From assembly GCA_013239625.1 (NCBI GenBank), contig MU054220.1, positions 7,103,367 through 7,167,366 of the forward strand: a DNA stretch of 64,000 bases, read 5' to 3'. The notes beneath the pieces were generated by a model. It was not told the origin of the DNA and ran no database searches. It was given only the letters and a program-made list of their open reading frames with translations. A program made the position numbers and the translations under genes. Every line of letters starts with the position of its first letter. Positions within the stretch are counted from its first letter, which is position 1. Shown here in pieces: positions 26,853 to 39,423 of the stretch. Source of the DNA: Lama guanicoe (Eukaryota).

Positions 26853-28603
26853 ATATATCAGCTGACACATAAAAACATGTTAAAGGAACATCTCACTCTG
26901 TGGCCTTCATTCCACAGAACAAGTTGCTGCTAAAGGTTTAGGATGAAGCATGATGTGCTCATAGCCATCAGGTATGAATCGATTCCCACGCAGGGAGAAC
27001 GGAGTATCAGAAGCAATTACAGAAATACAGAAATACTCCAGGTTCTGTCATCCTCTCCCATCTTCCTAACCAGTTATTTCAAGCTGAGAGTGGGAAGTGG
27101 AAAGGCAGACTTTTAGCCTTGAAAGGAAACAGGAATTTCAAATTTCTGGGCCTTCTACTTTGAGTGTCTACGGACTTTGATGCATTTACCAGAAATACAA
27201 ACACAAATTTGCTTGCCTTATTTTGGGGGGTAAATATCACACAGTAGGAATTAGACTTGGATTTTAAGCATTTTATGAAAACTTCTGGATTTAAAATAGT
27301 TGTCTGGGCCTACATGAAATCAAATTAATTAATCAATGTTCTTCACTAAAATAGTTCCACATTTTGTATTGTAATTGGATCGTGACCGAAATGACTGGTG
27401 GGGTAAATATTGTTTAGACCCAGTAGGGTGTGTCCCTCCTCAGAGTCTGTGTTAGGATCTCCTATAATTTTCATTCTCACCTCCATGTATTTTTGAGCTA
27501 CCACAGTTCTTCATATATTTAATCTCCTCTCCTGTTCAGACTGGTTTTTAGGGATGCTTCTACTGTTAGTCATTTTCACTTTACAACGACTTTAAGTCAT
27601 ATGGCCTCCCTTGCTATTTGTACGAAGTCTAATTCCTCTGTAACAGCTATAATAGTTGAATAAATCAAGGCTTTTGTACCTGTCAGATATCTGTCAGTAA
27701 GAAATGGGGAGCACACACAGGCACGTACACACAAGCGTATTTCATCTCTAACTCCATGTATTTATGAACCCCAGTGCCGTATCGGACCTTCCTTGAATTC
27801 TGCAAAAAGCAATTGTGCCAGGGGATTGATACTCAGTTGTTACAGCACAAACATGGTTTGTGTATCTGCTATTTCCTTTTGTGTCCTTTCACAGCTAAGG
27901 AACGTAATCAGAATCATTAACTCCAAACTGAAAGGGACATTTTTGGCTGCCTGAACCAAATCTATCGCAGCACGGTCACTGAACAGTGCAGCTGACCAGA
28001 CACTCACTACTCGGCAAGGCTGTCCAGTCTGTGGTCAATAATTAATTCTAGAAACAGGTTACTTTTAATATTATAAAGTTTGTCCCTTCACTAATTCTAA
28101 TTCTACCTCACAGAAATACATTTAACATCTATACCCCAAAAACTCTTCTAAAAGACAAGTCAATATTAATAAATCACCTTTGACATGACCCCACATGGCC
28201 TTATTATGCCTACAAGGCAAAATGTTCTCATTTAATTGTTCATGGAAATGAGAAATTTTGATCAGATACTTAAAGTATATTTGTAGTAATTTTCTGTGAT
28301 CACCCCTAAAGTTAATCAAGAGAAATAAGTCAATCATTAAACACTTTCAGAAAAAAATCCAAACATCAATTTTTCCATTGTCACACATCAGTCCATTTCT
28401 TGGTATATGATGTGACTTGCTACGCCTTATAGTGGAATGTCCAGAATGAAAGTTCGGTGCCCTACCAAGTAAATCCAGAATATAAAACTCAAAAACCTCA
28501 CAGACTCAGACTGGCAAAAATATCATTTATTGCTATCTGCAGAGTTTCTTATATGTCTCGGAAACTCTGAACTACTCCATAGGATGTTCTTAACTTTAGA
28601 TGG

Positions 28604-28812
28604 AGGCACAGTTTCTCAACCACAGTGGGACTGACGTTTTATGCTGGGTAATTCTTTGCTTTGGGATCTGTTCTGTGCATTGTAAAGTGTTTCATAACAT
28701 CACTGGCCTCTACTCACTAGATGCCAGCAGCACCCTCCCAGATGCAATAACTGAAAATGTTTCCAAACATTGATGGTTTTGCCCTGGGTGGGAAAATGAT
28801 TAAAGAATGGTG
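28604..28812 (+). mobile_element. MER20 (hAT-Charlie)
   Basis: 'ttctcaacc...taattctttg...ctgtgcattgtaaagtgttt...catcactggcctctactcactagatgccagcagcaccc...aaaatgtttccaaacattg'. Confidence 0.8.
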
Positions 28813-30704
28813 TGTCCTCTCGTTTTTCTCTCAAAAAGCTTTCAGATCCTTTTTTTATAATATATTCATTCTTTCCCTGGGAACCTTTAGGATGTGTGTA
28901 TCAGAATTTCTCCCAGAATAAAATAATAGTAATAATAATTAATAATAATAATAATAACCACCATCTAGTCTATAGAATATTCCAATACAGAAAATGCCAG
29001 AAAGTTAGATCCAAACCACTGAAATATGAACTATGAATCTGAAAATAATCCAACTCTGTAGACCTCCTTACCCTCCACCCACCTCCCCCAAACGTAACAA
29101 CACTTATTCACGTATCACAGTTGAAGAGAAGCATTAGATACGCGGCCCTCAGAGAAATGTACACCGACGTTAAGCAGCAAGGAAGTGACCCAGACGTGAG
29201 TGGGAGGACCAGTGCTGATGGGATGAGTGATCCACAGCTCAGAAAGCACCAATAGTAGGTCTCTTCATAATGATACACACTATGTAACACACACCAGTGT
29301 CACCACCATTATCAAACAACGAGCTACCTCTTTTTCCTACTGTGTAGCTGTTGACATAGAGGGACCCAGACAAGAGCAAGGGTAAGAAGCCTCGGATAGC
29401 GAGTGTTGTGTGTCATGAGATCGTGCTAAGAATTTTCAGGTCAAGGCTGCATTCATGGCCTCAGAGCCCATCGACTTTAGCCCAAAGCTGTGATTTGAAC
29501 AACCTCTTCTATTTTTTTGTTCTTCTGTCTGTCTTCTCATTGGCTTACATTCTCGTTGGCCTTTCTGATGCTGTGCTATTTATGAAACATTAGACACACG
29601 GGGAGGGTTTGTAAATATGATTTTTAAAAAGAAGATCTGCTGATGAATATAATGTAGTTATCGGCACTTGGACTTTAGGGGAAAAAGTCATTAGCAAACT
29701 AACATGATGTGTACATTGGGGACCATGAACTTTCTTGGCATGCATTGGTTCTGTTCCTTGGAGAATCTCCTAATTTTGTCCTGTGGCTCTTTTGTTAGCT
29801 ACACTTTTGGATTGTCAGCCACTGTGTATTGCAGACCACTCTGGGCTGCAAGACATTTCACTCTTCCATCCCAGATACACAAAGACACACAGACACATAC
29901 ACACAGAGGCATTGAAATGCTCACACTGTCCCTGTTTTTTGTCTCTTGGTGCTAAAGAACACTAGCAAACTCCCCTGCTCACTTCAGAGTTGGTAACTTC
30001 ATCAAGTCATTACATGCCAAGCACTGAGCTACAGCATCTGGCTGCAAAGCTGTTTAATCTCCCTGGGAGTTTAGTGGTTTAAATCCATGACTAACAATCA
30101 TATAAAAAATATGGCAAAACCAGATGTCTTTAAACTCCTGTAGTTTTTTGAAGCTAGAGTTCATTTCTCCTCAATTTCTCAAGTTTTCTCACGCTCCAAA
30201 GAAAATTCAACCAAATTTACTCTCTGCTCTGCTCCCCCCCTTTCTGTGTCTCTGTATAAATGCACCAGGCAATCCGATCTGTAAGACATGTACTCAGATT
30301 CTTGACCTGAAAACCTTCTAAGAAGTCACTGTGCTTGAGGGTGTGACCTCCAGCTCCATGTCAGCCTTGGAAAGGCTGACAAATGGGGTTTTCATGAGTG
30401 GATGTGGAATTATTCTCATCTTGATTTTTTGAATCTTTTAAGCCATGCAGATGAAGCTTATTTGTGAAAACAGATGTGAGAAGTAAAATGACAAAACAGA
30501 CCCTTAATTATCCTTATGGTTATCGCTAATAATTAACTGGTTCGTATCTCTTTTTCTTACGTAAGAGTGTTAGTTGGTAACAGTAGCACATATATTCCAC
30601 AACCTTCCAGGACAGTCCTAAAAACTTAAAATAAATTAAATTCAAGTTTAAATACCACACAGTTAATTACTTGTATTGTCCTCATTATAAAGGTAACTGA
30701 GGCA

Positions 30705-30842
30705 AGCAAGGGTATATCTCAGTGGTAGGGTGCATGTGTAGCATGCACGGGGTCCTGGGTTCAATCCCCAGGACCTTCGTTAAAATAACTGAATAAATGA
30801 ATAAACCTTCCCCCTACCAAAAAAAAAAAAGAGAGAAAGAAA
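30705..30842 (+). mobile_element. Camelid tRNA-Ala-derived SINE (Vic-1 type), inserted in a MIR
   Basis: 'agggtatatctcagtggtagggtgcatgtgtagcatgcacggggtcctgggttcaatccccaggaccttcgttaaaataa...ataaaccttccccct' plus poly-A. Confidence 0.85.
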
Positions 30843-32594
30843 ATTGTTACCTAAAGCATGTAGAGATTAAGTGATCTGACTAATGTTCATAGATGAGAAG
30901 TAAAGACAGATTTGAAAGCAGGCTTCCTGGTTGTAGAGATTATGGACTTAACTCCCACGTTTTTCTCCCTCCCTATTCCCAGTTGTTGGTCAGTTTGGTG
31001 AGGACAGGAACTGTCTGTCTAGCTGCACACGTGTGGATCAGTCTCTCTGTGCTGTCATGCATGGTCAAATGAGAGATGACAATTATTCTTTTAAGAAATA
31101 ATTGTGGTGTGTTCACAGCGCCACACTTTTGTCTGAAAATACTCAAATTTCATCAGAACCTGCTGCATACGTCAAGGCTTGACTTTTTCCATCTATATAA
31201 ATTAGCTCTAGCCTATCTGTTTGCCACAGAATGTCAGGCTTTGGCCAAAATGATTGCATTTTACTAAGGGAGGTCCTGTGTGTCTTGTGAGGAAAAGGCT
31301 AAGTAAGTGATTAAGCTAACTTTGTGAGCAGTACTTATTTCCTCCAAATGCTGTCCAGTGTTGGGAAGGTTTGTTGATTTGTACTTTGTCATTATTCCTC
31401 TCTAGCTGTTGCAAAAATGTTTCACTTTCCACCTTGGTTAGATTCCCCAAATACCAGAAACCTTATCTATTTGGAATAGGCTTCCTCTACTTCATTTATA
31501 GAGAGTACTTCAGTGTAATTATCACTGCTGAGGGAGGAATGTTGGAATCTGTTTGCCAGTGTTATTTTTTTCCCTTCTAAGATGATACATTGCTAATTAA
31601 ATGGAAAGTGTGTTACCATGAATGACTACGAGCCTTAAAGTTAATATTGAATAACTCAGTTAGCTATATGGTTTAAAAACCAATCTGTTGCCTGATTCTA
31701 TTACGAGAAACTTCTGCTCAACTGGAAAATATCTTAGCAATCTCAGGGGATCCATCGGTATGATTCTTACACCTGTTTCAAAAATTAACATAAAAGAAGT
31801 ATAAAGAATTTAAACAGTTTTTCGTCAGCTGTGTGACTTTAGACCTTCCATTCAGCCTTCTTGTGCTTCAGGTTTTCCCATTTGTAAAATGAGGAGTTTG
31901 AAGAAGCCATCGCAAAGTATTTGGACTTTTATCCCCACCCCTAATCATTAAAATTCAAAGGATGTTGAAATTCATTGCCTGATAATAAATGAGGCACTGA
32001 AAGAGGTAAATATAGTGCCCTGATTAATAACCCAGTAGCACTTTGTACAGGATGGAGAAGAATCTTGGGGAGACTTAGCAACATTCCCCCTTTCTGCTAT
32101 ACTTGCTGGGTATGAAATTAACTCTTCCTAAAAAAGAATGTCTGAAATTTCAGAGTAAACCATGTTAGGAATATGGAAAAACTTGATAATAATTCTTAAA
32201 CCTTTATGCTTCTCTGGAATTTTGTTTTGTTTTTGTTTTAGCTGATATTCTCTCTGTTTTCCTGGAACATATTAAGTGTTCAACAAGTTACAGATATTAA
32301 AATTTTATGATAGCTCTGTATGGGGAAATTTGAAGTCAAAAAATAAGAAAAAACAAAAAAGAACCGATTAACTCCATTAAACAATTCACTATTTGAACTC
32401 AGGAACTATAAACTATTTTTCATCCATCTCTGTAACTTTAGAATCTAGCACAGTGTGTGGCACAAAACAGGAAATAATGACTGGATATTGAATGAAAGAA
32501 TAAGACTATCTTGCTCCTTCATTTGAAATATCTCTCTCTGTCTTCTCATTTTATTTGGCTTTCTCTTTTTGTCTCTATGAAATTAAGACAAACA

Positions 32595-35545
32595 GTTCCC
32601 TTCATGATCTATTGATTGATTTAAGTGAGGTGTTAAATTCCACTGCTATTCTAGTATCACTGAAAAATTTCTCCCTTTATGCCTGTTAGTATTTGTTTAT
32701 ATATTTAGGTGCTCCTATATTAGACTCATATGTAAGTATTACAGCACCTTGGATTGAACCCTTTATCGTTATATAATGCTCCTCTTTGTCCTTCATCGTA
32801 AGCCCTGTTTATGTTTCTACTTTGTCTGATATGAGTATGCGACCCTATTTCATTTCCATTTGCATGGAAGATCTTTTTCCATCCCCTCACTTTCATTCTG
32901 TGTGTTTCACTCGCTCTGAAGTGAGTCTTGTAGGCAGCAAATGGATGGGTCTCGTTTTTTTTATCCTATTAGCTACCGTATATCTTTTGATGGAACCATT
33001 CAGTCAACTGACATTGACTTTTAAAGTGATTATTGATACATATGTAGGTATTGCCGTTTTGCTACTTGCGTTCTGGTTGTTTTCTGATATTGAGCATTAT
33101 GAGTTCTTTATGTATTTTAGATGTTAACCCCTTATCAGGCGTATCATTTGCAAGTATCTTCTCCCACTGAGTAAGGTGCCTTCTGTCTTTCGCAGTTCTC
33201 TGATATTTTCTTCTTTCACTCTCTTCCCTTGTGGTTCGATGACTTTCTTTAGCATTATGTTTGGGTTTTTCTCTTTAATTTGTGCGTATCTATTGTAAAT
33301 TTTTGACTTGTGGTTGCCTTGAAGTTCAATTATGTTGACTTGTACCTCTATCTACTTGTTGTAAACTGATAGTCATTTACATTCAAAAACATTCAAAACA
33401 TCTACATTGTTTACTCCTCCCATTCTGTGTTTTTGATACCATATTTTACATCTTTGTGTCTATTCTTTAAATATTAATTTAATTATCACTGATTTTATTG
33501 ATTTTTTTTACATTGAAGTATAGTCAGTTTACAATGTTGTGTCAATTTCTGTGTACAGCACAATGCTTCAGTCATACGTGAACATACATAGATACCCTTT
33601 CATATTCTTTTTCACCATAAGCTACTACAAGATATCAAATATAGTCCCCTGTGCTGTAAAGCATAAACTTGTTTATCTGTATCACTGATTTTAAAATGTT
33701 TGTCTCTAACTTTTAGACTATAGCTTATTTAAGTGGTTGAACCAATGTCTTTACTATATATTTTCTTTTACCAGTAAGATTTTCACCTTCTATGTTTTCT
33801 TTTTTTTTTGTTATAGTATTTTCTTGTTTACTTAAAGAAGACTCTTTAATATTTCTTGTAAGGTTGGTTTAGTTGTGACTAGCTCTTTTAGTTATCGCTT
33901 GTCTGGGAAACTTTTTAGCTCACCTTCAGTTCTGAATTACATCTATGTTGGGTAGAATAACCGAAGTTTTAGGGTTTTTTTCTTGTTTTTGTTTTTGTTT
34001 TCCTTTCAGTGCCTTAAATGTATTATGCTGCTCCCTTCTGGCCTGCAAAGGTTCTGTTGAAAAATCAGCTGATAGCTTTATGGGGCTTCCCCTGTTCTTG
34101 ACTCTGTTTTTCCTCTCACTGCCTTTAAAATTATTAATTTTTTTATTTGCCATTTTAATTATGGTATGTCTTGCTGTGGGTCTCTTTGGGTTTAACTTGT
34201 TTGGGACTCACTGTGCTTCCTGGAACTGGATAACTGTCTTTGTAACAGGAAACTTTTCAGTCATAATTTTATCAAACACGTTTTCTGCCCATTTCTCTCT
34301 TCTCCTCCTGTGACCCCTGTCCTGCAAATGTTAGCACACCTGATCTTGTCTCAGAGGCCACTTAAACTATCCTCATTTTTAAATTTAATTAATTTTTTTG
34401 CTGTTCTGATTTGATTGATTTCAACTATTCTATCTTTCAGGCTGCTCATGCCTTCTTCAGTATGACCTAATCTGCTCTTTATTAATTCTAGTGTATTTTT
34501 CATTTTAGTTATTGTATTATTCAGCTCTGATTTTTTAAAAGTATTTTCTAATTCTTTGTTGTAGTTCTCAGTGTATTCCTCTTTTTTTTTCACCCCTGAG
34601 TTCAGTTAACATTTTTACTACTGCTGAATTCTTTATCAGGTAAATTGTCTCCATTTATTAATTTTTTTTTCTTCTGGGGCTTATCTTGTTCTTTCATTTG
34701 AAATATGTTTCTCTGTCTTCTCAATTTGTTTGGCTTTCTTTGTTTTCCTCCATGAAATTAGGGCAGTTACCTATCCTGGTCTTGAAGTCATGTCTTTGTA
34801 TGGGAGCATCCCTGTGCAGTTTGCATGTGCCCAGTGGCATTGGTGGGAGGGCTGGATCTGCACTGAGAATGGGTCGCATCATGTCCTGAGTGCTCTGGCA
34901 GCCACCACCTTGGTGGGAGGTAGACCAGGTGTCAAAGGAGATAAAGCCAGAATCAGGTGCAAGGCAGGGCCTCTCCGAGGCTCAACGGCAGCTGCTACCC
35001 TGTTGGGCGGTGGAGCCAGGTCTCAAGGGGATGAAGCAGAGCCCTAAGGGATGTGGGCTTCTCCTCAGCACGATGGTAGTCTCTGCCTTCAAGGAGGGCA
35101 CGGCTGGGGCATGAGGGGTTGGAGCCGCACTTCTCGGCTGGCTCTGACTCTCCACTTTTGTCAGAGGTGAGGTCAGGTCCCAGGGGAGTAGAGCCACATT
35201 TCTAGCTGTTCTGAGTCTCCACCCTGGCTAGAGGCAGGGCCAGGGCCCAAGCTGGCTCTGCTGCTTCTCTGATGTGCCTGTGCACGCGCATGAGAACAAT
35301 GGCCATCTCTGCCTTGGCAGGGGGCAGCCTCAGAGCAGGAGGGGCTGGAGCATGAGACTGGTGTGGGCTGGGGTGCATGCTGGGGTGGTCGTACACGTCC
35401 ATATCAGAAATGAGCACTGAAGAATTTGACCTCCTCTGGAAATGAACCGCTCTTCAGCCTGCTTCCTGCTGGTTGGGTCCTAAGGGTTGTTTTACGCTCT
35501 AGTCACAGACATTTTAGTTTTCTTGTACAGTGCAGCTGCCTTAGA
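32595..35545 (-). mobile_element. Decayed L1 5' half: GC-rich 5'UTR, ORF1, inter-ORF region and start of ORF2 endonuclease
   Basis: ORF 33926-34153(-) contains 'PIKLSADFSTEPLQARRE' (L1 ORF1 motif). ORF 34351-34593(-) is ORF1 coiled-coil-like ('ELNNTITKMKNTLE...EEGMSSLKDRIVEI'). 'ggtgctcctatattag' at ~32710 is the reverse of the endonuclease N-I-G-A-P motif. GC-rich block at ~34800-35450. Confidence 0.85.
33498..33679 (-). mobile_element. Young camelid-type L1 3' end nested in the older L1
   Basis: 'attgaagtatagtcagtttacaatgttgtgtcaatttctg...' flanked by a perfect 14-bp TSD tatcactgatttta (33484-33497, 33680-33693). Confidence 0.9.
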
Positions 35546-36879
35546 AACCTATTTGATCCCTGGGACCAAAAGCCACACCCACTTCCTTTCAATACATGCA
35601 CCTTAGATTTCTAGACATGGTTCTAAGACATACTTCTGTATTCCTATTTTTCTTAATTCATCCTCTCTTTCTCCTTCTCTCTCTCCTTCTCTCCCCCCAC
35701 CTTCTCGCCACCTGTCTAATTGTGAGTTCTATGAGCCGATCAAGCTTTAGTGAAAGAGCAGTAGTTTTCTGAACCATGATATCCAGTTGGGAGCCCCAAC
35801 TTTCATTGTGTCTTTGTTCTGGTCCATTTGTGCCTCGATATTCTCATTGTGCTTTGTATGTATCTATCTTAGAACTGATTATATGTCTACATTTCTCTGC
35901 AAATTTCTCTGAGGCCATCAAGGGCAGAGGCTTCATCTCATTCATCTTGCATGTTCATCTTTTAGCACACAGCCTGGCAGATAGCTGTTGGCTCACCAAA
36001 CAGGTATTAAACTCATGCCTGAAGGGGTTAATGCATCCAACTGCACACCTAACTCAGACGGGCCTAGTTGCAAATACGAAAGAGTCCACCGTGATCTATA
36101 ATATTTTACATGCTAATTAGGGATTTAAGCAATTGGGAGTTTGTAATAAATGAATTGATCATTAAAATAATATATGGTTCGTTGAACCGAAGCTGCAGAA
36201 GTCAGTACCTCTAGATCTGAAGGCAATACTGTCCTGCCAACAGCATCATCAGAAGTGTATGAAATGCTGTTTCCAGACCTTCTCTAATTGCAAAGAACCG
36301 TCTCCTCAACTTTGCAGAGCAGATATGGCCAAAGCATGTAATACCCCAGCTGGACAAGCTTGAATAAGGTAAATTGCAGTTTATAATATTGGGGAATTCC
36401 CTGCAATAGAAAAAAAAATTAAAAAGACAAATCGACAGGTGCAGATGCAATTATCTATGGAATTTTTAAACTAGAAAGTGAGAAGTGTGAAAACTTATAA
36501 TCCTATGCTCAGTATTTGTAGGAAGAGTGCCCATGCTGTGAGTGTTTTCTAGTTTTGTTCATTGATGTCTTTGTGATCTAGGAAGCAGCACTTATGCAGA
36601 AATGAGTGTCTCTGTCTCTGGGGGTTGTATTTAGGTGGGGTTTTTCATAAAGTCAACGTACAGTGGCGATTAAACATGACTCATTCCATGTTAAACCGTG
36701 GCAAAGGATTTGCCAAAATGAGCTTACAAGGGATCCATTTTGAGAGGTTAGCCAATAAACATGTAGAAATTCTGTAAAGAATTGAAATCAATTTTTACGT
36801 GAACGTTTGTAGTTTCAGATTTGGGGGTGGGCAGATTTTATTTTATTTTGGAAACAATTTCCCATCTCTTTGAAAATAA

Positions 36880-37500
36880 ACTCTCGATGTGTAGTGTTTT
36901 CTCTTTCTTCCTCCCTTTTTAACCCCATGCTGGGAAGGTTTGACTAAAACGTTTGCCAGCTTTGTTCAACCTCTTGATCCGGAGCGTGGGCTGGCAGAAG
37001 CCCTCTCAGCATTGGTTGCTTGGTTTCGTGTTCTTGGGTTTTGACGACCCTGAGTCTTGGCAGGTTTGTTTGGAGGCCTTTCTTCAACCTTGACGTTTTG
37101 TTAGGATTGTTTGCTGTACCCATTAGGTCACGACGTTTTTGTTCCTGTTGCTGTTTTCTACTTCCTGTTTCCCTCCTTTGCTAAACTAATTTCTTAAGTT
37201 GGTGTAAGTATGAAACTTGCTCGAAATAACGTCTTTTCTTATCATCAGTCCTAACGGAGATGCAAAGAACAGCCTGTGCTATCTATAGCAGTGGTTTCTG
37301 CGGACATTTTAGATGTTTCGGAGAGTATTTCAGCCTCTACCCTAGGCATCTGGTCAGCATTTCGCACGCTGTGTGTAAGTTCCCGTCTGACCGACGTTAG
37401 TGAACCTGCCGGCCAGCTCGCTGCTCTGTCTCTTCTGGTGAACTGAATTGTGGGTCCCTCGGCTTAGATTGCTCTCACTAGGCCGGTGAAATGCCTGCAT
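36880..37500. promoter_or_regulatory. Non-repeat CpG-enriched patch, candidate promoter or enhancer
   Basis: About 23 CpGs by hand count in ~620 bp, well above the flanks. TGACGT at 37091, ETS ACTTCCTG at 37160, MYB-like TAACGG at 37252, GTAAGT donor-like sites at 37204 and 37375. Confidence 0.35.
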
Positions 37501-38216
37501 CCTTCTTAAGCCATAAGAGGTCTAAAAGGAATCTCTTTCGTGACTTCTTCTTGCAAATGCAAGTCTTCTTGGGACCTATGAAGTGCCATTTTGTTTTAAA
37601 ATAATTTCTTCTGCTTCTCTCTACAAAGAACAGTGGAAATGACTTGATCAGTGTGGAATGCCTACAAAACACCTGGCAGGTTTGCCACTTTTTTCTATTT
37701 GATATTTGCTTCCTATGTTTAACCATTCTGATAGCTATTTACAAATTACAGAGTAAAATGGGATCATAAAAGGAAGGGTATAATGGGACTAGAGTAGCTT
37801 AGGTCTTTAAAATTCTTTGTTCCCTGGCAGTTGAAGAGAAGGGCCAGTGATTCTACAGCAGGAGACAGAGTTGATTTCAACTCCTGTCTTCATATGATTC
37901 TCTTATGGAGCCAGCTGGTTTTCACCTTGGTGACAGGCGTGTGTCCTGGTTGTGACTGTCCCACTGTACATCTAGGCACAAACTTGGTCCGTAGCGTTTA
38001 TCAATAGGTTTCTACTGGATGAATATAGTGAATAACAGCCCGGTGTTTTTTGCTTATTATGCCTCAACCACTATCTTGTTATCTCATTAATCATTTTATG
38101 AGCCCCATATATTTGCTAAGGTAGTGCAGATACTTTATTTACAACATTTAATTAATTGTACAACATCCCTGGAGGTCGGCATTATTATCACACCATTGCA
38201 GATTAGGAAACGGTAG

Positions 38217-39423
38217 TTCAGAGGGATTTAAAGACTGGCCCAAGGTGAAACAACCATTGAATGGTGGAACATGGATTTAAAACCTGGTTTGTCTGTCTAC
38301 AAAGCCTATGGGACACTGTATCATTCATATTTGCACTACTAAAGATGCACTTGTCTTGATAGTGCAAATCACCATCTCACGGAAAGCACTTGTTTGCACA
38401 GAACAGAAAGTCATGTGGGCTTGCTTATGAAATAATAATAATAATAATAATAATAATAGTAATAATAATAATAATTAATAATAGAAATTATTATTATGAG
38501 AATGCAGTTATATCCTGAAACCCAAGTGCACACAGGTAACCATGACTCAAATGAGGCTGAAATCAGGAACTGGGAAATCCCAAGAACTAAGATCCTCCCC
38601 TTAGAAAGCTTTCAATCTAGTGAGAATACCAGACATTAATTGAATAGCCACACAAACAAATGGGAAGTTGTCCCTGTGTGAAGTACATTGAAGGAGAAGT
38701 TCATGGTCCTCTGAGAAAAAAATGATCCAGGCATGCACAGGAGATCTCGTGTGCCCAGATCTGAACATTGATGAGTCCCTGACTAGATGAAAAGAGGACA
38801 GACAAGCATTCCAAGTCAAAGTATTCAGAGGGATTTAAAGACTGGCCCAAGGTGAAACAACCATTGAATGGTGGAACATGGATTTAAAACCTGGTTTGTC
38901 TGTCTACAAAGCCTATGGGACACTGTATCATTCATATTTGCACTACTAAAGATGCACTTGTCTTGATAGTGCAAATCACCATCTCACGGAAAGCACTTGT
39001 TTGCACAGAACAGAAAGTCATGTGGGCTTGCTTATGAAATAATAATAATAATAATAATAGTAATAATAATAATAATTAATAATAGAAATTATTATTATGA
39101 GAATGCAGTTATATCCTGAAACCCAAGTGCACACAGGTAACCATGACTCAAATGAGGCTGAAATCAGGAACTGGGAAATCCCAAGAACTAAGATCCTCCC
39201 CTTAGAAAGCTTTCAATCTAGTGAGAATACCAGACATTAATTGAATAGCCACACAAACAAATGGGAAGTTGTCCCTGTGTGAAGTACATTGAAGGAGAAG
39301 TTCATGGTCCTCTGAGAAAAAAATGATCCAGGCATGCACAGGAGATCTCGTGTGCCCAGATCTGAACATTGATGAGTCCCTGACTAGATGAAAAGAGGAC
39401 AGACAAGCATTCCAAGTCAAAGT
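38217..39423. repeat. Head-to-tail tandem duplication: 38217-38822 (606 bp) and 38824-39423 (600 bp)
   Basis: Copies read identical except (AAT)9 vs (AAT)7. The ORF track shows the same 72-aa ORF twice (38601 and 39202). Confidence 0.97.

Noticed and set aside
38329..38369. Hairpin atttgcacta...tagtgcaaat
   Set aside because: A 10-bp stem in ~40 nt; too short for a pre-miRNA, with no other support.
38601..39420. Two identical 72-aa ORFs suggesting a duplicated gene
   Set aside because: They arise from the tandem duplication of L2-like sequence and have a non-ATG start and no recognisable homology.
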